From the IMG/VR virus record IMGVR_UViG_3300022902_000007: a stretch of DNA of 64,000 nucleotides; one strand, written 5' to 3'. Both the position numbers and the translations under genes were made by a program. The notes beneath the pieces are model-generated. The model was not told the DNA's origin. It saw only the letters and a list, made by a program, of their open reading frames with translations, and did no database searches. Positions 1-10,192 of the stretch are shown one piece after another (the first letter of the stretch is position 1; every line of letters starts with the position of its first letter). This DNA is from a virus.

Positions 1-674
1 ATTCAAAAGAAGGTGCTGACGATGGAGAGACTAAAGAAATTCTGGATGCAGGTTCTGATCCTGCTGGCAAAGGTGCTTCCGCAAAAGTGGAAGACAAAGA
101 TCCTGATACTGGTAATAAGGCTGAAGACTCAGACGTAGATCCCAAACTGGTTGATGCTCTGTATGAGCTTCTCAAGGACAGACTTGAGGCTCAGCAGAAG
201 CCTGCTGAGCTTAAAACCTTCGAGCCAGCTGTGGACGAAGAGCTCCAGAAAGACTATGCAGAAGCTCTCAGACAGGTTCAGGAACTAAAAGATCGCCTAA
301 ATTCAGTACTTGAATACGTCTCTGATGACAAATCCAAAGTTTTTTCAGAAGATTGTGAGAACAAACTTGAAGAAATGTGGGACTGGTTTGGTACCATTGG
401 TTCTGAAGACAACTCAATTCTTGATAACGTAAACAAAGTAGACAATCCTTCCGAAGCCGGAGCAAGCGTCAAGTCTGAAGACTCAGGAGAAAAAGATCCT
501 GAGAAGAAAGACGCCAGCACTCTGAGTAGATTCGACAGGAAAGTCTTTGATCAATTTCACAATCTAAAAGATTCTCAAGGTGAAGCAGCAGCAGAGGCCT
601 ACCTCAACAGTGTGCTCAAATATGTACCACGCGGCTTCCACCCTTCAAATTACAAACTCTCCGAAGGAGAATAA
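1..674 (+). CDS. 5'-truncated head scaffold / prohead protease C-terminal region
   Basis: The frame of ORF 87..674 is open back to position 3, so the gene starts upstream of the window. Acidic, coiled-coil-rich sequence lying directly before the decoration and capsid genes. Confidence 0.55.
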   Translation, partial: SKEGADDGETKEILDAGSDPAGKGASAKVEDKDPDTGNKAEDSDVDPKLVDALYELLKDRLEAQQKPAELKTFEPAVDEELQKDYAEALRQVQELKDRLNSVLEYVSDDKSKVFSEDCENKLEEMWDWFGTIGSEDNSILDNVNKVDNPSEAGASVKSEDSGEKDPEKKDASTLSRFDRKVFDQFHNLKDSQGEAAAEAYLNSVLKYVPRGFHPSNYKLSEGE

Positions 675-677
675 CAA

Positions 678-2015
678 ATGGCTGTTAGTCGATATTCTTC
701 GGTGCTGAAGCGCCGTACTAACATTCTCGACAACATCACTCCTACCCCAGTGGTTCAGGATAACACTCGTGTTCCTGCTGGCGAATGGATGCCTGCTGCG
801 TGGCTACCCATTGAATGGAGTTCGACTGTTAGCGAAGATTCTTTCGTAATGTCCAGTGGTAAGGTCGTCTCTCTTGATGCAGAAGAGAGAGTATGCCCCT
901 CTGGTTACCGTCTCCGTACCACCATTGCCAGTACATTTCTCACTTATGCTACAGCTGATGTAAACGCTGGCGTAATTGACATCCGTACCGGCTCCACACT
1001 GCTTACCGCCGCAACCGGTGCTGTTGCTCCTGAAACAGTTGCCACTGCCCTTCTGGCTCGTGGTCTCGTTGAAGAGTCCAGCCTGGTCCTCGGGCACGAC
1101 TACAGTGCTGCTACTCAAGGTGACGTCACTGCCGTGATCGAGGCTTTCATTAGCCATCCTGTCGGTATCCTTGTTGGCGACACTTATGTTTGGGCCGGTG
1201 ACTGGCCCGACCTGACGATGTCCAACTATCAGAAGCAGCATCTCATTCAGTTTGTCACTGGCCTTCAGATGAAGGTTCCTCACCTCGCCGAAAGCACTGC
1301 TGCTACTTCTGCAGCTCTGAACGGTCTTGGTGCGTGGACTGCCGTTGGTGACGGTACCCAGTTCCCTGATGCTGATGCCGCTGGTGCCGAACTCTATGTG
1401 ACCACCACTCAGCTTTCTGGTCTCCAGCGTTACAGCGGCGTGATTGCTGCTACTGACACTGTTACTGGCTATGCTCTCCAGAACGCTCCTGGCTGCAAGA
1501 ACACTGATCGCACTCCACTGAGTGATTCTCTGGGTACTGCCCTGGTCAACGAGAAAACCTCAATTGCCTCGATCAGCTCTGCTGGTGATTATTACTGGGA
1601 TGCCGAAGTTGGCATGCTGCTGCTCTTCACTGCTGCTGACGTTCAGTTCGCTGGTGCCACTACGGTAACTTACTACTACTATGATGGTGGCAGCGCTGCT
1701 GCTCACCGTATGATTCACCTTTGCGACGAAGCCCGTCCTGGTCAGCATGTTACCTATGATGACGACAGTAACTTCGTAGCAGTGGACATCACTCCTGGTT
1801 CTACCAATATGGGTGGTATTCTCGGACGTATTTACAAGATTATCGCAGAGCCTCGTGGCCTCCTTGATCGAGTAGAGACTGCTTGGAGCGCCTCTAACAT
1901 GACTTCTGCTGAGCAGATGCCTGGTACCGCTACCAAGGGTTATACAGATCTCATCACCCGCTCTGGCGAGACGGTTGCTGATCAGATCGCTATCCTCAAC
2001 ATCAAGATCAACTAA
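678..2015 (+). CDS. head decoration / capsid-associated structural protein (445 aa)
   Basis: Lies between scaffold and MCP, has an RBS (AAGGAG) and the same strong GCT/GGT/ACT codon bias as the MCP. Rich in Ala/Thr/Ser. Confidence 0.6.
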   Translation: MAVSRYSSVLKRRTNILDNITPTPVVQDNTRVPAGEWMPAAWLPIEWSSTVSEDSFVMSSGKVVSLDAEERVCPSGYRLRTTIASTFLTYATADVNAGVIDIRTGSTLLTAATGAVAPETVATALLARGLVEESSLVLGHDYSAATQGDVTAVIEAFISHPVGILVGDTYVWAGDWPDLTMSNYQKQHLIQFVTGLQMKVPHLAESTAATSAALNGLGAWTAVGDGTQFPDADAAGAELYVTTTQLSGLQRYSGVIAATDTVTGYALQNAPGCKNTDRTPLSDSLGTALVNEKTSIASISSAGDYYWDAEVGMLLLFTAADVQFAGATTVTYYYYDGGSAAAHRMIHLCDEARPGQHVTYDDDSNFVAVDITPGSTNMGGILGRIYKIIAEPRGLLDRVETAWSASNMTSAEQMPGTATKGYTDLITRSGETVADQIAILNIKIN

Positions 2016-2029
2016 GTTAGGAGTTCTCA

Positions 2030-3325
2030 ATGTCTTTCAAGCTAGTTAAGAGTGGACGAACTCTCGATCTCCCCGGCGGCAAAGAGCAGGCAGCTCAATA
2101 TTTGGCCGACATGATCAGCAATCGTGGCTATCTGCCCGATTCTTCTGAACGGGTAGAGTGGGAAGATTTCGCTGAAACTATCACCTCTCGCGACGTTATC
2201 ACGACCAGTGAGATTACCCCCCTTCTGAATACCTCTCTGGAAATCATCATCCGTGAGCCTATTGAACCAATGCTGGTAATCACCAGCCTGTTCAATCGTG
2301 TCCAGTCCAAGGGCCTGAATACCAATATTCTGGCAGGCGCTCTCGGTGCTATCTATGCACAGGACGTCCAGGAGCATGGTACTTACCCGGAGGTTAGCTT
2401 CCAGATCGGCGGTGCTGTAAGCACTGCTTGGATCGGTAAGTCTGGTATCGCTGCCAAGTTCTCTGACGAAGCAATTCGTTACAGCACCTGGGATATCATG
2501 GCCATGAACCTGCGCCTCATGGGCGCTGCAATGGCTCGCCACAAGGAACAGAAGGCCGTAAACTTCCTCAGAAGTTTGGGCACCACTGTCTTTGACAACG
2601 CTACTCCAGCTGATTCTCTCTACGGTGTTTGCACCGGTCGCGGTATCGACATGCTTGCCAACGGTAGCATGGATATGGATGACCTGGTCAAGGCCTATGC
2701 TCACATGACTGAAGAGGGCTTCCCTCCAAGTACTCTGCTGGTTCACCCCATGACTTATCTCATGTGGCTCCGTGATCCTGTCATGCGCGTTATGATGCTG
2801 AACTTCGGCGGCGGGCAGTACTTCAATCCTTGGACTGGTAATACCGGCCCACAGAGCAATTGGAACAACGGTGCCATGGGCGCTATGGGCCCAAGTCGTG
2901 GTCACAAGCTGGTTCCTGGTGGCTCACCTTCTGGTGAGTCTGCAACAGCTCTTACCGGACGTAGCAATCAGGCCAACAGCACTCCTAACGTGCCTGGGTA
3001 CTTCCCCTTCAGCCTCAACATCATGGCCTCTCCATTCGTACCTTACGATCCTGATACCGACCTGACTGATGTATATCTGCTCAGTGCCGGCAACGTTGGC
3101 TTCCATCTCGTAGATGAAGACCTCACCAACGTCCAGTGGCGTGATGAAGATATCGAAGCTATCAAGGTCAAGCTGCGTGAACGTTATGGCTTCGCTGTCG
3201 CTCACGAAGGCCAGGGCGTAGGCGTCTTCAAGAACGTCAAGGTCGACCGCAACTACTTCGATGGTTCGGTTCCTGCCCTCGGTATCGCCGCCAACGCTAT
3301 CCCATCTGGTACTGCCGTAGTGTAA
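2030..3325 (+). CDS. major capsid protein (HK97-like fold, 431 aa)
   Basis: RBS AGGAG; MCP-type segments (KSGIAAKFSDEAIRYSTWDIM, MARHKEQK, LLVHPMTY, KLRERYGFAV); high-expression codon bias; followed by a terminator hairpin. Confidence 0.85.
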   Translation: MSFKLVKSGRTLDLPGGKEQAAQYLADMISNRGYLPDSSERVEWEDFAETITSRDVITTSEITPLLNTSLEIIIREPIEPMLVITSLFNRVQSKGLNTNILAGALGAIYAQDVQEHGTYPEVSFQIGGAVSTAWIGKSGIAAKFSDEAIRYSTWDIMAMNLRLMGAAMARHKEQKAVNFLRSLGTTVFDNATPADSLYGVCTGRGIDMLANGSMDMDDLVKAYAHMTEEGFPPSTLLVHPMTYLMWLRDPVMRVMMLNFGGGQYFNPWTGNTGPQSNWNNGAMGAMGPSRGHKLVPGGSPSGESATALTGRSNQANSTPNVPGYFPFSLNIMASPFVPYDPDTDLTDVYLLSAGNVGFHLVDEDLTNVQWRDEDIEAIKVKLRERYGFAVAHEGQGVGVFKNVKVDRNYFDGSVPALGIAANAIPSGTAVV

Positions 3326-3331
3326 TCGTTC

Positions 3332-3344
3332 TTTGTGATACAAT
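3332..3344 (+). promoter_or_regulatory. extended -10-like motif TTTGTGATACAAT
   Basis: TG-n-TACAAT, similar to motifs at 10138 and 11172 in the other intergenic gaps. Confidence 0.4.
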
Positions 3345-3346
3345 CC

Positions 3347-3376
3347 AGGGCGAGGCATTTGAGCCTCGCCCTTTTT
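3347..3376 (+). terminator. intrinsic terminator after MCP
   Basis: Stem AGGGCGAGGC, loop ATTTGA, stem GCCTCGCCCT, then a T tract. Confidence 0.8.
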
Positions 3377-3390
3377 CGTGAGGACAAAGA

Positions 3391-3567
3391 ATGGGTTGGT
3401 TTAAAGAAAGAATCGCAGACGCAGATCAGAACAATGCTTCTCAGCTGGATGCCGTTCGTGGCAGAATGCTAAACATACTCGATGTCGAAGTAGAAGATGA
3501 AGGAGAGTTCATTACTCTCGTTGGCTCTGTTGAGACTGAACCTGTCATTGAGGACAGCGAAGAATAG
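3391..3567 (+). CDS. small acidic hypothetical protein (58 aa; absent from the ORF track)
   Basis: ATG at 3391 preceded by GAGGA; translates as MGWFKERIADADQNNASQLDAVRGRMLNILDVEVEDEGEFITLVGSVETEPVIEDSEE*; fills the gap before 3580. Confidence 0.7.
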   Translation: MGWFKERIADADQNNASQLDAVRGRMLNILDVEVEDEGEFITLVGSVETEPVIEDSEE

Positions 3568-3579
3568 CGGAGGTTTTTG

Positions 3580-4689
3580 ATGGCAACTCCTACTGTGCAG
3601 TCCGTTTATCCAAATGATGGGGCCACTGGTACGCCTATTCGAGCCGACATAGAAATTACTTTTGATGTCGGTGTAGATCTGTCACTGGCTAAGTCAAACA
3701 TAGTCCTTTATGGAGCAGACACAGATAGAACTTCTGGTCCTGATAGCGCTTTGTGGATCGATGGAGACACTGGCAGAGATCCATATTTTCTCACGTCCCC
3801 AGGTCTCACTGGCTGGGTGCCTTGTAGTTATGAAACCATCTATGTAGAGACTGACGGTACCGTAGTAGATCCACAGCCAGAGTTCACGTCTCTGGCTCAA
3901 GAAGTTGCTTCTGGTTACTATCAAAAACTAGTGGTGACTCCTGATGCCCCGCTTGCTGCTGAGGTTGAGTATACTGCCTACATCATTGGAGACGCCGAGA
4001 CTGGTACTGATACCGCAACAGGAAGCAGGACTGTTTTTGATGTTGATGATGCGGGAGCTACCAGCGTTACTGCTGGAATTGAAGTATATGGAGGATACTC
4101 TGGAGATGCAGCAGACACCATTCGTGTCAAGATCACTACATCTGGAGATATTGGCACTGCGAAATACAAGTGGTGGTATGCAGATACAGAATTAGAAGCA
4201 GATGCAAGGACGGGGAAGAGGACTTCCAGGAGGTTCCGCAAGCTGGAGGACGGTGTTCAGATTCGCTTTACTGGCTCTGGACTCATCGCTACTGATTATT
4301 ACGACATCAAGGTCTATTCAGTAGATTATCTCGCGAGCTCATATAGCTTCTCTTTTACGACTGGTACGGGCTCTATTGAAGACGTCCCCAGTACTGCTTC
4401 AACTTCTGTCATCGGAACAGTCACGACTGTAGCGACCACTTATCTGGAAGTCGAAAGCATGACTCCAGAGGATGGTTCCTGGCACCAGACCTTTGGAGAC
4501 AGGACTATAACCATTGTCTTTTCTGAGGACCTGGATGCGACAACTGTTACTGACGATACTGTTACGGTGTATGGGTATCCAGTCTCTGGAGACTTTGACG
4601 ATGGGCCACTCACTACGAGCTTTGGCCCGTATGAAGAGTTGTTCAAGAAGCTCAGTATTTCTGACGACACTCTCACGATTGAGTTGTAG
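3580..4689 (+). CDS. virion protein with Ig-like (Big_5/SbsA-type) domains
   Basis: N-terminal PTVQSVYPNDGATG..I.ITFD and C-terminal VESMTPEDG..ITIVFSEDLD are Big_5-like; RBS GGAGG before ATG 3580. Confidence 0.6.
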   Translation: MATPTVQSVYPNDGATGTPIRADIEITFDVGVDLSLAKSNIVLYGADTDRTSGPDSALWIDGDTGRDPYFLTSPGLTGWVPCSYETIYVETDGTVVDPQPEFTSLAQEVASGYYQKLVVTPDAPLAAEVEYTAYIIGDAETGTDTATGSRTVFDVDDAGATSVTAGIEVYGGYSGDAADTIRVKITTSGDIGTAKYKWWYADTELEADARTGKRTSRRFRKLEDGVQIRFTGSGLIATDYYDIKVYSVDYLASSYSFSFTTGTGSIEDVPSTASTSVIGTVTTVATTYLEVESMTPEDGSWHQTFGDRTITIVFSEDLDATTVTDDTVTVYGYPVSGDFDDGPLTTSFGPYEELFKKLSISDDTLTIEL

Positions 4690-4697
4690 GAGTTGAC

Positions 4698-5711
4698 ATG
4701 GCTTTCATGAGAGACGCAGCCCCAGTCGGACAGACAGTAAGCCTACGAGCGATAATCAAGGACCCCACAGGAGAACCTGTGAGCCCGGACGGAGTCACTC
4801 TCACTCTTTATCTCTATGATGAAGACAATGAGACGACTGACCTCGATACAGCTATCGAGGACTCTGATTACACTGGCGCTACGCAGACTATTGCTTTCGC
4901 GTCCCTTACCGAGATCTCCACTGGGTTTTATGAATACCAGTGGGCTATTCCTGCTGGAACTGATGTGGGAACTTGGTATGATTTGTGGGTATGTGAAATT
5001 CAAGGAGTCGAAACTGCTGATTACTTTGAGATAGAAGTCATCGAGACAGGTGATATCGACGTTCAAGACATCTCAACCAATACACTGGTTATCATAGTTC
5101 TTTCTGAGACGATTGCTGCGGACTCTGGGAACACGCTCGAAGAGGAGACTCAGCTCTCGTTTTCCACGAGATACAGTCCCTACTATGCCTCTACAGATTT
5201 AGTAAGGTTAGAATGTGGTTCTTGGATAGATGGAATTCCAGGTGACACTCTGGCCTTGATGATTCACTGGTCGTCCTTGAGTGCGAATGCTTATTGTCCA
5301 GATTCTCCCGGCGGGAACTCACCCCGATTCGAGACAGCAAGAACCAAGTTCGTGATATTCGATGCAGCTCTCCGAGCTCTCATTCTGCCTGCCAATGTCG
5401 GCGGGAAAAAGAAAACTCTTGGTGACTTGATGATTGAAAACAGTTCTCAGTTTGGTGACATCATCGAAGAGCTGAAATGGGAGAGATCTCAGTGGGCTCG
5501 TGTCATGAACGCTGGTGGTGAGATTGTTCCTGGCCAAAGTCTCGAACCCACTTTCGGTGTCAAGGGCATCAAAGATCCTGACCGACGTAAAACTGGTAGG
5601 AGCTGGGCCAAGACTCACGAATACTCTTATCCTCAGCCTCTGGCCAATGGGAAGGTTCGGTTGTCGAGCAGGAACCGTCGTTACAAGCGGGCTTACGTGT
5701 ACGGGGGGTAA
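4698..5711 (+). CDS. putative head-tail adaptor / neck protein
   Basis: Position after the MCP; N-terminal Ig-like beta domain plus a helical connector-like C-terminal part (YASTDLVRLE...KKKTLGDLMIE). Confidence 0.5.
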   Translation: MAFMRDAAPVGQTVSLRAIIKDPTGEPVSPDGVTLTLYLYDEDNETTDLDTAIEDSDYTGATQTIAFASLTEISTGFYEYQWAIPAGTDVGTWYDLWVCEIQGVETADYFEIEVIETGDIDVQDISTNTLVIIVLSETIAADSGNTLEEETQLSFSTRYSPYYASTDLVRLECGSWIDGIPGDTLALMIHWSSLSANAYCPDSPGGNSPRFETARTKFVIFDAALRALILPANVGGKKKTLGDLMIENSSQFGDIIEELKWERSQWARVMNAGGEIVPGQSLEPTFGVKGIKDPDRRKTGRSWAKTHEYSYPQPLANGKVRLSSRNRRYKRAYVYGG

Positions 5712-5713
5712 AG

Positions 5714-6295
5714 ATGGTTTCTCGGACTCTGTTTCCCAGCGGAACTACTTATGCGCAGACTCGGGTTACTACTCATGGTAGGGAGATAGATCTTCGCCGG
5801 GAGTTTGACGAGATTGTATATGGCGGGCCAAGCTCAATTCCCCACGGAATGAAGCTATTGTTCAGAAAGATGAGGAGAGATACCTCCGACAATACTCTGG
5901 ACTGCGACTGTGTGGATGCCCTTACGAAAGAGCCTGATACTGAAAACAGCTGTCCATTCTGTTTGGGGGAAGGGAAGTATTGGGACGAGGACTGGCTTAT
6001 TGGTTTCGCGAGATACATCGGGGCAGATGGCGGAATGTCCAATCGCCAAAAGACCCTGTTCCCTGGCCCTATCAGAGTTGACTACAGAATCTTTTATCTC
6101 AGATACGACACGGACATTACTTATGCGGACAAGATTGTAGAGCTGCAGCTTGATACAGAAGGAGACCCGGTTGTACCATACAAAAGAGAAACAATCTATA
6201 AACCCCAGACAATCGTAAAATATCGTTCTGATTGGGGCCGGATTGAGTATATCGCAGTGTATTGCCGTGAAGAAGATGCCTTGAGGCCGGAGTAG
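5714..6295 (+). CDS. putative head-completion/neck protein with Zn-ribbon
   Basis: CDC-x13-CPFCLGEG motif typical of large-myovirus neck proteins; synteny. Confidence 0.55.
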   Translation: MVSRTLFPSGTTYAQTRVTTHGREIDLRREFDEIVYGGPSSIPHGMKLLFRKMRRDTSDNTLDCDCVDALTKEPDTENSCPFCLGEGKYWDEDWLIGFARYIGADGGMSNRQKTLFPGPIRVDYRIFYLRYDTDITYADKIVELQLDTEGDPVVPYKRETIYKPQTIVKYRSDWGRIEYIAVYCREEDALRPE

Positions 6296-6298
6296 TCA

Positions 6299-7078
6299 GT
6301 GAGTTCAGAAGAGTCCCATCTCCAAGAAGCTGTTCCAGAAGAACTGCTGGAGGCCAGCAATTTCCTTTCTTTGGTCATTGTCGAGGGGATGCAGGAGATT
6401 ACCTCAGCTGAAATTCCAGTTACAATAAACTCTCCATTCACTCTTGACCTCAGTCGATTCATTCCAAACATAGTTCCACTTACACTGCCTACATTCTTTG
6501 AAAACGTCGCTGATATTATCTCTGATGCCCAAGATCGAGCGGGGCTGTCTTCCAGTAAGTTCATAGAACTGACAGAAGAGTATCCTCCCGATTCGTTTGG
6601 TCATGACGAAGATGAACGTATCTGTTTCAGAGTGCTGAGTCGACATCCAGCCAAAATGGACAGGAAGGCCACCGGTCGCCCTCAGAGGGGTTTCACTCAC
6701 TACTATGAGTGTGTCCAGGGTAGGGACCCAAACAAGGTTCTTGTTATAGAATCTCGGCCTGTCGACCACAAGATCGAATTCACCTGCTGGGCCAAGTCCA
6801 ATAAGCTTGCGAATGCTCGGGCTTTGTGGCTGGAGACTCTTCTGACAAATCATTCCTGGGCAAACAAGATCAAAGGAGCCGAAAGGTTCCATTGGGAAGG
6901 CCGAGGGGCAGATGGGTACATGACAAGCGGCGGACAAAAACTTTTTTACAGGCCACTGAACTTCTTTCTGAGATTTAGAGAGTTTGCAGTAAGAGCTGCT
7001 CCTATCATCAGGAACTTCGAGATCAAATATGGCCTACAAAACTATCTCGTAAACACTTCTACCTATGAAGAAGATTAA
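6299..7078 (+). CDS. putative tail terminator/completion protein
   Basis: Immediately upstream of the sheath; the DHKIEFTCWAKSNKLANARALWLE pattern resembles tail-completion proteins. Confidence 0.5.
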   Translation: MSSEESHLQEAVPEELLEASNFLSLVIVEGMQEITSAEIPVTINSPFTLDLSRFIPNIVPLTLPTFFENVADIISDAQDRAGLSSSKFIELTEEYPPDSFGHDEDERICFRVLSRHPAKMDRKATGRPQRGFTHYYECVQGRDPNKVLVIESRPVDHKIEFTCWAKSNKLANARALWLETLLTNHSWANKIKGAERFHWEGRGADGYMTSGGQKLFYRPLNFFLRFREFAVRAAPIIRNFEIKYGLQNYLVNTSTYEED

Positions 7079-7095
7079 TTCTTCGGAGGTCCAAT

Positions 7096-9405
7096 ATGGG
7101 TTATGAAAACATCCCTTCGGTGACAGCAGAGCTTCCTGATGGAAACCTGCGCACTTCCATGACCTCGAGTCAACCCCGAATTCTCATTCTTGGTGCAGCC
7201 GCCAGTGGTATTACCTATGAACTTTATCAGGTAACCAACGTCGGTGCAGCCGAAACTGAATTTGGCAAGACTTCCGAGATCATCAAGAAGATGCATGAAG
7301 TCATCAATCAGAATGCAGACAACGTTGCGCTAATGCGTATCGGTGGACAGCAGGGCGTTTGCCGCCTGACCACTGCTTCTGGTGGAACCGTCACTTTTTA
7401 CACTCTTTACCGTGATGAAGATATCCTTGATCGCTATTCTCTCGTAATTACCAACGACGCAACCACTAACCGTTATCTTGTCTGGGACAACGAAGACAAT
7501 GAATGGGTTTTCGACACTAACGAAATCAAGGTTATTGATGATGGTATCATCCGTATCGTAGAGAGCGGTACAGTCGATATCATGACTGTTGGTGACATCG
7601 ATGCTCCTGACACTGCTGCTGACTCTCCAACACTTGGTGGCACGGATGTAATCATCGCTGGTGATGACTCAGAGGGGAACCTGGCCACCGTAGCTACTGT
7701 TGACGGTACTGACGGTACTTCGATGAGCATGATTCAGCGTTATGCTGCTCTGAACACTGCCTATCAGGTGATGGATTTCAGAGATGCAGATTATGTCATT
7801 CCTTGTGCGATTCACCTGGATGATGTGAACATCGTCGATAGTGGATCGGCCACGGAACAGTCTCTCTTCTGCTCTCCAGCTGTAACTGATACTTCTGCTA
7901 ATGACCAGCTCTGGTACGTGTGGCAGTACATCTACCGTGGTAAGCTCTACACCTACTTCGTTGAAAGTGCAGATTTCTTCACTCAATATGCCACTGCTGC
8001 TGCTTCAGTAGGCACGGCTACTTCGACTACCCTTACTTATACAGCTGTTAAGAAAAGTGCTGAAGGTGATGCTATCACTGTCCAGCATATTCAAGCTGCC
8101 AGTACTTCTGTCACCACTACGGTCTCTGAGACTGGTGTCGCGATTGTACTTAATATCGATATTGTTGGTGGTGCTACTCAAGCTGATGCTATTCAGGCAG
8201 TCAATGCTGATCTCAATGCTTCTAAGTGGGTCACTGCTGCTACTTCTGCTGGTGCTGTCGTCCTGATTGCCGAGGTTGTTACTTGTGCTGCTGGTGCAGG
8301 CGAGTCTTTCACTACACATGCTGAGCTCACTGGTGATGCAGAGCCAGCTGGTGTACTCACCAAATTCGTCGCAGGTGCTGACGCTGAAATTCGCGAAGTC
8401 AACTTCGTGCATCAGCTTGGTTCTTTCTGCTACACGGCCTCTACCAACTGGAAGTCCATGATCGGCTTCGTGACAACCAAGCCCCCCAGCGCTTTTGATC
8501 GCTATACCGTAGCAACTTGGGTTGGCGAGACTCCCACTTATACTGACAATGGAACCATTGAGTATATCGATAGCTCTGCTGACAATGGCACTGGTCTTCT
8601 TGGGATCAAGTTCATGGCTGGCAAGGCTGGCGCTGCAAGTGATGGCTATCGTGATGGTCTGGTAACTGACGGCGATGCAAATGACAGTTACGCTTACGGT
8701 GGATTCATCCTGACTGACGGTGCTTCGCTTCCTAACGAGCTGCCTTATGGTATCAATGATAGTGACGAAGCTACTGATGTTAATGGTGAGCCAGTTGATC
8801 TCGGCAAGCATCTCTTCGTAACCTACGATTACTGGGTGCATAACAACAGCTACAATGGTGGGACCCGCTATCGCGGTTCTATCGAAGGTATGGTTGCTGG
8901 TAAGTATGCCGTAACTGATGTCCGCAGAGAGCCCATTGGCCCTTCTAACGGACTGATTACTGGTGGATCTCGTCCTTGTCATATCAAGTATCCTCAGATG
9001 AATGACCTGGCTGGCCTCAGAATGATTGGCCTGCGCAGAGAAGACAATGTTGGCTACATCCTCGTGAGTGCCCACACTGCTGCAAACCCAGATTCTGATT
9101 ACACCAAGCTTTCTACCATCCGTAGCGTCAACCGCACTCTGAACAATGTTCGGACGATCTGCAAGCGCTACCTCGGTGAAGCATTCACTGCATCCGTACT
9201 TGCTTCCCTCAATCAGCAGATTGAAGCATACCTTCTTTCTGACAAGCAAGAGGGCTACAACAACGGTGCCGTACACTCGCTTTCCTACGACAACACTGAT
9301 AGAATTCTTGGCAGATTGACAGTTTACGTCAAGATGGTACCCCCAGGCTCTATCGAGTCGATCAATGTTTCCCTATCACTCGCCGCAAGCGAAAGTGATC
9401 TCTAA
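7096..9405 (+). CDS. tail sheath protein (769 aa)
   Basis: RBS GGAGG; N-terminus resembles sheath proteins (ILILGAAASG..YELYQV..AETEFG); C-terminal sheath domain SDYTKLSTIRSVN...YLGE...GRLTVYVKMVPPGSIESINV. Confidence 0.85.
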   Translation: MGYENIPSVTAELPDGNLRTSMTSSQPRILILGAAASGITYELYQVTNVGAAETEFGKTSEIIKKMHEVINQNADNVALMRIGGQQGVCRLTTASGGTVTFYTLYRDEDILDRYSLVITNDATTNRYLVWDNEDNEWVFDTNEIKVIDDGIIRIVESGTVDIMTVGDIDAPDTAADSPTLGGTDVIIAGDDSEGNLATVATVDGTDGTSMSMIQRYAALNTAYQVMDFRDADYVIPCAIHLDDVNIVDSGSATEQSLFCSPAVTDTSANDQLWYVWQYIYRGKLYTYFVESADFFTQYATAAASVGTATSTTLTYTAVKKSAEGDAITVQHIQAASTSVTTTVSETGVAIVLNIDIVGGATQADAIQAVNADLNASKWVTAATSAGAVVLIAEVVTCAAGAGESFTTHAELTGDAEPAGVLTKFVAGADAEIREVNFVHQLGSFCYTASTNWKSMIGFVTTKPPSAFDRYTVATWVGETPTYTDNGTIEYIDSSADNGTGLLGIKFMAGKAGAASDGYRDGLVTDGDANDSYAYGGFILTDGASLPNELPYGINDSDEATDVNGEPVDLGKHLFVTYDYWVHNNSYNGGTRYRGSIEGMVAGKYAVTDVRREPIGPSNGLITGGSRPCHIKYPQMNDLAGLRMIGLRREDNVGYILVSAHTAANPDSDYTKLSTIRSVNRTLNNVRTICKRYLGEAFTASVLASLNQQIEAYLLSDKQEGYNNGAVHSLSYDNTDRILGRLTVYVKMVPPGSIESINVSLSLAASESDL

Positions 9406-9415
9406 GGAGTAACGA

Positions 9416-10066
9416 ATGCCTACTTCCTCAGTGCAAATGTCCAGAACCTATACCAGCTTTTCTGGGGTTGACATCAAGGCAGTCGTAGATGGTGAGCCTA
9501 TCGGGCAACTACAGGCGATTTCCTATGCAATCCAGCGTGAAAAAGCTCCCATCTATGTGATGGGTCGAGTCGAGCCTCTGAGCTTCTCTCGTGGTAAGCG
9601 AGGTATCGCTGGGACTCTCATCTCTCTGATGCTTGATGAGCACATGCTTCTGAGCACCCCATGGAACTATCGTGGTTTTGTCGCTGACAATGATGAGGTC
9701 TATCCCTCTGTTGCAGATGCGAATGACGTCTCTATTAGTTCAAGCTCTGGTGGTCTCGCCGACCTCGAAGAGGTTGACGGCGCATCCAGCTTTGATGCTT
9801 CGAATGTCTCTGGTAGTTTTACTCTCACCAATGCCTGGTATGTTGATCAGCTCCCTCCATTCGACGTTGCAATTGTTGCAGTGAATGAGTATGGCAAGGC
9901 TGCTCAGATGCGTATCTATGGTATTGAGATTCTCAATGAGGGCTCAGGGTTCTCTATTGATGACATAGTGATTGAAAATCAAATGACTTACGTTGCAAGA
10001 TCTATATATCACTGGTCACCGATGGGAAGTTACAACATGTCTACCGGTGCCTTCACAAGCACTTAG
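9416..10066 (+). CDS. tail tube protein
   Basis: Follows the sheath; SFSGVDIKAV..LQAISY..QREKAPIY..G..SFSRGKRGIAGTL and DQLPPFDV..MRIYGIEILNEG motifs. Confidence 0.8.
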   Translation: MPTSSVQMSRTYTSFSGVDIKAVVDGEPIGQLQAISYAIQREKAPIYVMGRVEPLSFSRGKRGIAGTLISLMLDEHMLLSTPWNYRGFVADNDEVYPSVADANDVSISSSSGGLADLEEVDGASSFDASNVSGSFTLTNAWYVDQLPPFDVAIVAVNEYGKAAQMRIYGIEILNEGSGFSIDDIVIENQMTYVARSIYHWSPMGSYNMSTGAFTST

Positions 10067-10081
10067 AACCTGCCTTTTCGC

Positions 10082-10109
10082 AAGGAGCCATTTTTGTGGC
10101 TCCTTTTTT
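10082..10109 (+). terminator. intrinsic terminator after tail tube
   Basis: Stem AAGGAGCCA, loop TTTTTG, stem TGGCTCCTT, then a T tract. Confidence 0.8.
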
Positions 10110-10120
10110 GTGTGTCCATC

Positions 10121-10150
10121 TTGGTATTACCTATGCATTTGTGATATATT
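10121..10150 (+). promoter_or_regulatory. putative promoter for HNH gene (TTGGTA-18 bp-TATATT with TG extension)
   Basis: TTTGTGATATATT at 10138-10150, nearly identical to the 3332 motif. Confidence 0.4.
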
Positions 10151-10192
10151 ATAGGAAGTCAACTTACTTGATTCTCTATAGAAGGATACACA

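Noticed and set aside
8005-9276. 423-aa antisense ORF over the sheath (similarly 2042..2905 over the MCP, and 804..1283)
   Set aside because: These are shadow ORFs caused by strong codon bias in highly expressed + strand genes; they have no motifs or RBS support.
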